A stretch of DNA of 64,000 nucleotides from Candidatus Acidiferrum typicum. GTDB lineage: Bacteria > Acidobacteriota > Terriglobia > Acidiferrales > UBA7541. Position 1 is the stretch's first letter, and every line of letters starts with the position of its first letter. Below, in pieces: positions 57,222 through 64,000 of the stretch. The stretch is from NCBI GenBank assembly GCA_025463055.1, contig JAOAPV010000040.1, forward strand, positions 15,091 to 79,090, written 5' to 3'. The notes under the pieces are model-generated. The model had not been told where the DNA came from, searched no databases, and saw nothing but the letters and a program-made list of their open reading frames with translations. The position numbers and the translations under genes are program-made.

Positions 57222-59123
57222 ATGCGAGTTAGCCACAAACGAATTGGAGTATTGCTGGTGTGTGTTTGCGCAGTGGTGCTGGTTGTGCCGGCGTTTCATG
57301 CGGCAACGCAGGCGCCGGTGAATTATGCAAGCTTGTTCGGGAAGAGCGAAATGATGATTCCGATGCGCGATGGCGTGAAGTTGCATACGGAGATTTATGC
57401 GCCGAGAAATGCGACGGAGGCGGCGCCAATCTTGATGACGCGCACGCCTTACGGCATTTCGAACCCCGACAAGGGCGTGAGCAACATGCTCTACCGCTAT
57501 GCGGACATGGTGCCGGACGGATACATTTTCGTGTTTCAGGACATTCGCGGGCGGTACGGCTCGGAGGGAAAATTCCTGATGCTGCGGCCGATCCATGACG
57601 CTAAGGACCCCAAAGGCATCGACGAGAGCACGGACACGTACGACACCATCGATTGGCTGGTAAAAAATGTGCCGCACAATAATGGGCGCGTCGGGCTAGA
57701 CGGGACTTCCTACGATGGATTTCTTGTGACCATGGGCATGATCAACCCGCATCCGGCGTTGAAGGCCGCTTCGGAGCAGGCGTGCATGGCGGATACCTGG
57801 CTGGGCGACGATTTTTTTCACAACGGAGCGTTCCGGCTGAGCTACGCGTTCGAATACGCGCCGCTTCTGGAAACTTCGGCGGAAAATTACGCTTTTCCGT
57901 TTGATCGCTTTGACCTTTACGACTTTTTCCTCCGGTTGGGGCCGCTTTCGAACGCGAACGCAAAATATTTTCACGGGAAGATTCCGAGCTGGAACGAATT
58001 TGCCTCCCATCCGAATTACGATGAGTTTTGGAAGCGACATGCGATTGCTTACGGACTGAAAGAGCCAAGCGTGCCGAATTTGAATGTGGCGGGCTGGTGG
58101 GACCAGGAAGATTTTTACGGGCCGGTCGCGACCTACGAGCGGCTGGAGAAAGTGGACAAGCAAAATCTCAACTTTTTGACGGCAGGGCCGTGGAACCATG
58201 GCGGTTGGGGGCACGGGCCGGGGAAATCGTTGGGAGAGATTCCATTCGGCAGCGACACCTCGGTTTATTTTCGGCAAAAGATCGAAGCGCCGTGGTTCGC
58301 GTACTGGCTGAAAGACAAAGGGAAGCTGCCGCTCAAGGAAGCACTTCTGTTTCAAACTGGCAGCGACACTTGGACTTCGCTCGATGCTTGGCCGCCGCAG
58401 GAGGCGAAAACGCGCAGCTTATATTTTCACGAGGGCGGCAAGCTGTCTTTCGAAGCGCCGGAATCGAGCGCGGCAGACGCTTTTGATTCGTACGAAAGCG
58501 ATCCGGCGCATCCAGTGCCGTATCGACATCCCCCGGTGGACATGACGTACCCCGAGGATCATCCGGGAAGCTGGTACACGTGGCTGGTGCAGGACCAAAG
58601 ATTTGTAGATGAGCGGCCAGACGTGCTGACGTGGCAAACCGACGAGATCACTGACGATGTTACGTTGGCCGGGCAGGTCACGGCGAAGCTCTTTGCATCG
58701 ACTACGGGAAGCGACAGCGACTGGGTAGTGAAGCTGATCGATGTTTATCCACAGAAGTTTCCGCAGGACTGGAAATTATCCGGGTACGAACTGATGATCG
58801 CGGATGAGATTTTCCGCGGGCGGTACCGGAATTCGTTTGAGAAACCCGAACCGATCACGCCAAATGCGGTGACGGCGTTTACGATCGATTTGCACACAGC
58901 CAATCACGTTTTCAAGAAGGGACACCGCATCATGGTGCAGGTGCAGAGCACGTGGTTTCCGTTATACGACCGTAACCCGCAGAAATTCGTGCCCAATATT
59001 TTCGAGGCCAAGCAGAGCGATTTTCAGGTAGCGACGCAGCGCGTCTATCGTTCGCAGCGTTTTCCTTCCAGCGTGGAGATTTCCGTTCTGCCAAAGGCGG
59101 CCACTCAAACTGCAACCAATTAG
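57222..59123 (+). CDS. CocE/NonD-family hydrolase, copy 2 (tandem paralog)
   Basis: Collinear with copy 1, sharing long identical runs: IFVFQDIRGRYGSEGKF, VPNLNVAGWWDQEDFYGP, TIDLHTANHVFKKGHRIMVQVQSTWFP. Nucleophile GTSYDG. Confidence 0.88.
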   Translation: MRVSHKRIGVLLVCVCAVVLVVPAFHAATQAPVNYASLFGKSEMMIPMRDGVKLHTEIYAPRNATEAAPILMTRTPYGISNPDKGVSNMLYRYADMVPDGYIFVFQDIRGRYGSEGKFLMLRPIHDAKDPKGIDESTDTYDTIDWLVKNVPHNNGRVGLDGTSYDGFLVTMGMINPHPALKAASEQACMADTWLGDDFFHNGAFRLSYAFEYAPLLETSAENYAFPFDRFDLYDFFLRLGPLSNANAKYFHGKIPSWNEFASHPNYDEFWKRHAIAYGLKEPSVPNLNVAGWWDQEDFYGPVATYERLEKVDKQNLNFLTAGPWNHGGWGHGPGKSLGEIPFGSDTSVYFRQKIEAPWFAYWLKDKGKLPLKEALLFQTGSDTWTSLDAWPPQEAKTRSLYFHEGGKLSFEAPESSAADAFDSYESDPAHPVPYRHPPVDMTYPEDHPGSWYTWLVQDQRFVDERPDVLTWQTDEITDDVTLAGQVTAKLFASTTGSDSDWVVKLIDVYPQKFPQDWKLSGYELMIADEIFRGRYRNSFEKPEPITPNAVTAFTIDLHTANHVFKKGHRIMVQVQSTWFPLYDRNPQKFVPNIFEAKQSDFQVATQRVYRSQRFPSSVEISVLPKAATQTATN

Positions 59124-59138
59124 TAGATCCGTTGCCCG

Positions 59139-60137
59139 TTAGTTGAGGGCGGCTGCGGATGATACGGAGGTAGGTGGGACTCGGCGCTTGGCCGGTAATG
59201 AGCTTAGGCGCGCGATGCAAGCCGCTCCCGTGTAACGGACTTCGTCTTTGTCATCGTCCAGCGACGGAGCGACCTTGGGCACAAGCGAGCGGTCGCCGCG
59301 TTCCGCGATAGCTTCCAGGGCGGCTACACGGACGAACGAGTTTGTGTCTTGCGTCGCGGAGACGAGAGCTTTGGCGGTGACGGGATCGGGATCGTGAGCC
59401 AACTTTTTCGCTGCCGCGGCGCGAGCGGGAGAATTATCCGACTTGACTAAAGTTTTCACCATGCCATAGCCCAGACCACCATAAGGGATGAAGCCCACGC
59501 CTTGCTCGAGGCCGAGTTCCGCGATTTTCTTTTTGTCGTGCAAAAGTTTTAGTTGTTCCTTTATCTGCTCTTTGACTACACCGTTGTTAGTGCGCATCGT
59601 TCCGGTCAATACGCCGTAATAAACGTCATACGCAAAATTTGTGTCTTTGAGCAGCATCAACGAGTTTGCAGCCGCGAGCACTACGGCGGGTTCGCTGTCA
59701 TCGAGTGCGGCTTCGAGCGGGGCTTTGGCTCGCTTTGCTTGCATCGTTCCGAGCGCGTTCGCAGCCGCCGCACGCACGTCGCCCTTACTGTCTTTCAGAG
59801 CGTCGGTTACTAATTTTTCCGCTTCCATATTGCCCTTCATCAAGCCGAGGGCGGTTATCGCTTTTACGCGCTTTTCTGTGCCCTCGAAAGCCAGCCCAGC
59901 GTGAAGAATTTCCCAAGCCCGATCGCGCAGTGAGAGCGTGCGCGCGGGCTTCACGGGAGCCTCCGCTTCAGTCTTTTTGGACGATGGAGCTGCTTCATCG
60001 GTGTGGCGAGGTGCCGCAGCATCTTGGGAAGCACTGGAGCTTGGCGCGGATTGCGCGGCAATGCCCGGACCGTTGTAGGTGAGTAAAGAGAAAAGACAGA
60101 TCGCGCAAACCCCTTTGGGCGACGCCGAAATCACCAT
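59139..60137 (-). CDS. secreted HEAT-repeat protein
   Basis: Repeated D..VR.AAA.ALG-type helical pairs: DSKGDVRAAAANALGTM, DSEPAVVLAAANSL, DTNSFVRVAALEAIAERGD, DKDEVRYTGAACIARL. Confidence 0.7.
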   Translation of the reverse strand: MVISASPKGVCAICLFSLLTYNGPGIAAQSAPSSSASQDAAAPRHTDEAAPSSKKTEAEAPVKPARTLSLRDRAWEILHAGLAFEGTEKRVKAITALGLMKGNMEAEKLVTDALKDSKGDVRAAAANALGTMQAKRAKAPLEAALDDSEPAVVLAAANSLMLLKDTNFAYDVYYGVLTGTMRTNNGVVKEQIKEQLKLLHDKKKIAELGLEQGVGFIPYGGLGYGMVKTLVKSDNSPARAAAAKKLAHDPDPVTAKALVSATQDTNSFVRVAALEAIAERGDRSLVPKVAPSLDDDKDEVRYTGAACIARLSSLPAKRRVPPTSVSSAAALN

Positions 60138-60330
60138 GTGTAATCCTCGGTGGGCGGGAAACGTGTAACCAGTTAACGCAAGATCCCGCTACGAAGCGAT
60201 ACACGCAAAGCCTTATAGCTTTGCTCTTTTGACCGGAGGAAGCCGTAGAGGAGAGCAGCAGATAACCGGAACCGCAGGCTCCCATAAACTCCCCAGGGAG
60301 AACGCGTCTGGTAAACGCTGCGGACAAGGT

Positions 60331-61266
60331 CTACTGCGAGGAATGTTTGCGCGTGTAAGTGAAGTCGTATTCGATATTCCAGGTTTTGCCACCATCGGTG
60401 GAACCGCGGCTGAACTGGCGAACCTTGTCGGGGCCCATGGGGATGAATTGCAGATGTCGCTTGAGCGCGGGACCGGCGGTTTGCGGAATTTCGTCCGTGT
60501 AGTAATCCATCACGCCATCTTTGAGCCCGCCGTAGAAAAAGATGTTGCCGCTGACGTTGTCGACCCAGTATTGCTCCCAGCGCTTCTGCGCCTGATCGTA
60601 AATGTTGTAGCTCTTGCCGGAGTACGGCCTGTTCTGGCTTTTCCAGTTTTCCTGCACGACGCAGTCCTCGAGGATCAGTTCAATCCTGCTGTCGCCCGCG
60701 GGAATGCCGCCTTGCGTGGTGGCCACGCTCCATTCGCCAAGCCAGAAATCAAATTGACGGTTTTCGACGCTGTACGCGCACGGACGCTGATTTTTCTTGG
60801 CTTGCTCGACGAGTTTGGCAAACCGTAGATCGCTTCGCAGCGAGGCTAGATTGGGATCGCTGCTCAGCACGTCTGGCTGCGCGTAACCTTGCTGCACGGC
60901 TTTCGCGAGGTGCTCGAAAGCCTTATCCGGTTGCTTCATCGCAGTGTAAACAGCAGCTTCGCCGTACTCCCCGAAGACCGCGCCACCGGCGGCGTTCGCC
61001 TTTTCAAAAGCCGCCAGCGCGTCTTGGTATCTGCCCAGTTCGTGCAGAGACGCTCCGAGCCGCAGCCAAACTCGCGGCGGAGCTTCGGGCGACTGCGAAA
61101 GCTGTGCGTAGAGCCTTGCAGCCTTAGGCCAATCTTTTGCATCGTAGGCGGCGCCAGCTTCCGTAGACACCGCATTGCCGGCAGGATCGGTTTGATGAGC
61201 GGCCGGGGCGTTCCACATTAGAGCGGTAAGCATAATGGTTAGGATCACCACTCGAATGCAGTTCAT
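60331..61266 (-). CDS. secreted TPR-repeat protein with uncharacterised C-terminal domain
   Basis: Signal peptide. TPR-like segments AAYDAKDWPKAARLYAQL.., LGRYQDALAAFEKA.. C-terminal ..FDFWLGEWSV... Confidence 0.6.
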   Translation of the reverse strand: MNCIRVVILTIMLTALMWNAPAAHQTDPAGNAVSTEAGAAYDAKDWPKAARLYAQLSQSPEAPPRVWLRLGASLHELGRYQDALAAFEKANAAGGAVFGEYGEAAVYTAMKQPDKAFEHLAKAVQQGYAQPDVLSSDPNLASLRSDLRFAKLVEQAKKNQRPCAYSVENRQFDFWLGEWSVATTQGGIPAGDSRIELILEDCVVQENWKSQNRPYSGKSYNIYDQAQKRWEQYWVDNVSGNIFFYGGLKDGVMDYYTDEIPQTAGPALKRHLQFIPMGPDKVRQFSRGSTDGGKTWNIEYDFTYTRKHSSQ

Positions 61267-61321
61267 TCGTTCTCTCCCGCCAACCTTGCTGAAACGGGAC
61301 GTTACATGCTTAGACGGGGCT

Positions 61322-61356
61322 CATGAAAAAACGAGGGAACTCCGAAAAGTTCCCTC
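61322..61356 (-). terminator. rho-independent terminator after the TonB receptor gene
   Basis: Stem GAGGGAAC, loop tccgaaaa, stem GTTCCCTC (8 bp). On the minus strand it is followed by GTTTTTTC. Confidence 0.8.
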
Positions 61357-61390
61357 TTCGGTTACGCCAGCTCACGCCGGCATGTGAGCA

Positions 61391-64000
61391 TCACCAGATG
61401 AATCGCAGGCCCAACTCGATCGTGCGGCTGCCGCCGTCGAAGCTGAACTTATTAAGGAAGTTCGGCGACGTGACAAAGATATAGCCGGCATTCAAGGGGT
61501 TTGTGTTGGTGTTCTGATCGATGGAGCCATTGTTGGTCGGCAGACCTACGCTGAAACTTCGATGATTAAAGGTGTCGTAGGTCTCGAACCGGAACTGCAC
61601 AGAAGCGCGTTCCGTAAGTTTGTTGGTTTTCAGGACGGACATGTTCCAGATGTTGAGTCCCGGCGAATTTACAGTGTTGCGGCCTACATTCGCACGAGCG
61701 CCTACGCCCGCTTGAACAAAGCGAGCATTCGGGTTCACCGCGACATAGCCAACCGTATTCGCGGCGGTGCAATTCTTTGGAGTCACGATGCTGGTGGCTC
61801 CGCCTGCACCGCTGTTGCAGACCGCGTTAACCGTCGTACCGGTGAGACCTACTCCAGCAGGGTTAAAGATAGTGCGATCACCGGCGGTATCGCCGTTGAA
61901 GTTGGAGTCGACGCCGGAAAGAGGCGTGACTGGCTGGCCGGACTCGGCTAGATAGCTGCCACTCAGCTCCCAACCGTGCGCCACTCCGCGCAAGAAGCGG
62001 TTTTCCGTCCTCACGTTCGGCAGATCGTAAACCCAGGTCATCGCGAACTTCTGCGGAATGTTAAGCGCCGAGAGCCCACGCTCGCCGGGAAAGTTGTAGC
62101 CATCCTGCGAACGCCGCGGGTTGACGAAACTGCTGAACAGTTCGTTGGTGGCATTGTCGATGTTTTTGGAGAACGTATAGTTTGCGCGGAAGTACAGGCC
62201 GCGCGCGAAGCGGTGCATAAAGTCCGCTGATACGGAGTGATAGATCCCCGATCCAAGCGGCGGGAATGTGGTCATTACGCCCAGGAATCCATCCACACTG
62301 AGCGGCGCATGATTAAATGCTTGGATTTGTGCGAGCGTCTCGGAGGGGTTAGGAACGGCCGCCGGGACGTCGCTGGTCTTGAAGTACGTTGGTAGCGGAG
62401 CGAGACCCCCGCCTGGAAATCTGGGATCAAAGGCCGAAGCGGAGTTCAGGCGCTGCTGCACCGGCAATTCGAGGCTGCGCGTTCCGACGTACCGGACCTC
62501 AAGACTGGTGTCGCGGAACAATTCATGTTGCACACCGAGCGACCAGCTAATCACCTTCGGATCAACCTGGTCCGGGATGATATTCCCGGTTGCCGCTCGG
62601 GCGTCGGCCTGCGTGGTTGGAGGGACATTTACTTGCAACAAGCCGCCGCCTACGAGGAATCCTGGTCCGTTAGGGCACCAGGAAGGCGGATTGCTTAGCG
62701 AACAGGTGATTGCTGGGTTCTGCTCGGTCTGCAGCTCCGGTGGCAGGCTGTTGATGGCGAAGTTGTTTGGGATTACATCGTAGGCGATCTGCGCGCCGCC
62801 ACGGACAGACCACTTGCCCCGGCCAGTAGGATCCCAGGCAAAGCCCACGTGCGGGCCGAGATTATTAGTGTCAGATTTGGGCTTGCGGAAGATCAACCCG
62901 AACGTCGGATCGTTGGCAATGGCATTGAGCGCCTGCTTGCCTTCGTCACGCGGAACGCCGGACCATTCATAGCGGAGTCCGAGGTTCAAGGTAAGGCGCG
63001 AGGTCACTTTCCAGTCGTCCTGAACGAACCAATACAGGGCGTGATAGTTGTCGGCGGTGCTGCCGGTTCCGGCGCCGCGCAACGCGCCATTGGCGCCATC
63101 AGGTATCTGGTCATTGAACAACCTGCTGAGCGTTGCATAGTCCCACTCACCGCGAGCTCGCGGTAGATTGTTGGTAGGAGCAATGTAATTGCGTCCTTCG
63201 ATTCCGGCTTTGAAGGTGTGCTTGCCGCGAATGTAACTAATGGCGTCGGTTAGCTGATACACGTTCTGCGTGTAGCCTTGGGGCGCCAAGCTGTACGGAC
63301 CAACGTTGCTGCCAAATTCGTCGATCTCGATATTCGGGAAATTCGCGAATTGCGTGGGTGCAACGAGGTTCGGACCGTTCAGACGCGAGAACGATGCGCG
63401 GAAGTCGTTGATGACACGGCTGCTGGCACTCCAGGCGTCGGTGAAGATGTACTTGCGAGCGTCCGATTCGTTTGTGCCCGTGAACTGAGGCTGTGGCTGA
63501 ATGGGATTGACCTGGGGTGCGCGAAAGCGGTCATAAAGCACGCGGCTGCGCAACTGGTGTTTGCCCAAACTGAGATCGGTGTTTACCGAGAAATCGTGCT
63601 GGTTGGAGAAGTTTGGTGCTGTCGACGAAAATGTGCCCACGTCGATCGCAGTACCGTTAACGCAAGCCAACTCCTTTTGCGTGTCTCCGGGCCCCGTGGA
63701 GCAATGAGCCAGACCATTCGACGATGGCGCGGCCGGAAACTGTTTCAAGGCGGCGGCCACGGCAGAATTGGGGCCGAGCGCGGCAAGTTGCGCGAGGCCT
63801 GCGACCGTCGGCATGGTTACGGTTGCACCGAGAGAGCCCAGACCGTTGTTCTGAAACTCGTAGGCGCCATAAATGAACAGCCTGTTCTTCAGGATGGGCC
63901 CGCCGGCGCTCGCCCCAGCCCGGTTGTAGTCATACCGGTTCTTGATATCGGACGACCCGGTGTTGTTAACTTTTTCCTGGTTGGTTGCGGCATTGAAGTC
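61391..64000 (-). CDS. TonB-dependent receptor, C-terminal ~870 codons (gene continues past right edge)
   Basis: The frame stays open upstream of the track's Met at 63814; my translation of 64000..63815 reads DFNAATNQEKVNN...GGPILKNRLFIYGAYEFQNN. The long beta-barrel ends ..IELGLRFIW. Confidence 0.85.
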   Translation of the reverse strand, partial: DFNAATNQEKVNNTGSSDIKNRYDYNRAGASAGGPILKNRLFIYGAYEFQNNGLGSLGATVTMPTVAGLAQLAALGPNSAVAAALKQFPAAPSSNGLAHCSTGPGDTQKELACVNGTAIDVGTFSSTAPNFSNQHDFSVNTDLSLGKHQLRSRVLYDRFRAPQVNPIQPQPQFTGTNESDARKYIFTDAWSASSRVINDFRASFSRLNGPNLVAPTQFANFPNIEIDEFGSNVGPYSLAPQGYTQNVYQLTDAISYIRGKHTFKAGIEGRNYIAPTNNLPRARGEWDYATLSRLFNDQIPDGANGALRGAGTGSTADNYHALYWFVQDDWKVTSRLTLNLGLRYEWSGVPRDEGKQALNAIANDPTFGLIFRKPKSDTNNLGPHVGFAWDPTGRGKWSVRGGAQIAYDVIPNNFAINSLPPELQTEQNPAITCSLSNPPSWCPNGPGFLVGGGLLQVNVPPTTQADARAATGNIIPDQVDPKVISWSLGVQHELFRDTSLEVRYVGTRSLELPVQQRLNSASAFDPRFPGGGLAPLPTYFKTSDVPAAVPNPSETLAQIQAFNHAPLSVDGFLGVMTTFPPLGSGIYHSVSADFMHRFARGLYFRANYTFSKNIDNATNELFSSFVNPRRSQDGYNFPGERGLSALNIPQKFAMTWVYDLPNVRTENRFLRGVAHGWELSGSYLAESGQPVTPLSGVDSNFNGDTAGDRTIFNPAGVGLTGTTVNAVCNSGAGGATSIVTPKNCTAANTVGYVAVNPNARFVQAGVGARANVGRNTVNSPGLNIWNMSVLKTNKLTERASVQFRFETYDTFNHRSFSVGLPTNNGSIDQNTNTNPLNAGYIFVTSPNFLNKFSFDGGSRTIELGLRFIW

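Overview
High-GC bacterial chromosome segment covering the replication-origin neighbourhood: dnaA-dnaN, a 620-bp non-coding gap, gyrB, three small genes, then gyrA. Gene content suggests an Acidobacteriota (Terriglobia-like) genome: PadR plus a duplicated MacB-like 'ADOP' permease, CarboxypepD_reg-type TonB receptors, an acidobacterial VWFA-related protein, and REP-like GC-rich repeats. This taxonomic call is inference only. All family calls come from reading motifs in the supplied translations or my own translations; no searches were run. I call about 58 protein genes: a purF/purL/purQ cluster, many secreted or outer-membrane proteins, small regulator-linked operons (ArsR-SRPBCC, PadR-ADOP, MarR-SDR), typA, and tandem CocE/NonD hydrolases. 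I recognised no rRNA, tRNA, CRISPR array, transposase or integrase. The best candidate for something new is an A/T-richer five-gene, same-strand island at 38.76-41.86 kb. It holds a Kiwa-like pair (small multi-TM protein overlapping a DUF4868/KwaB-like protein) packed with three uncharacterised partners: a DUF488 protein overlapping an unknown 263-aa Cys/His protein, and a ~105-aa helical protein. REP-like repeats flank the island. Other notable items: (1) a DsrE-family gene with an in-frame TGA at the expected active-site Cys position, so a candidate selenoprotein or a pseudogene; (2) a consensus sigma70 promoter driving about 390 nt of apparently non-coding, hairpin-rich sequence where recF normally sits; (3) tandem secreted paralogs with R/D/Y/H/W-rich tails; (4) a 20-bp palindromic repeat kept in-frame inside purL; (5) an unlisted 56-aa HicB-like ORF. 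Many long ORFs in the track are antisense shadow ORFs of GC-rich genes and were discarded.
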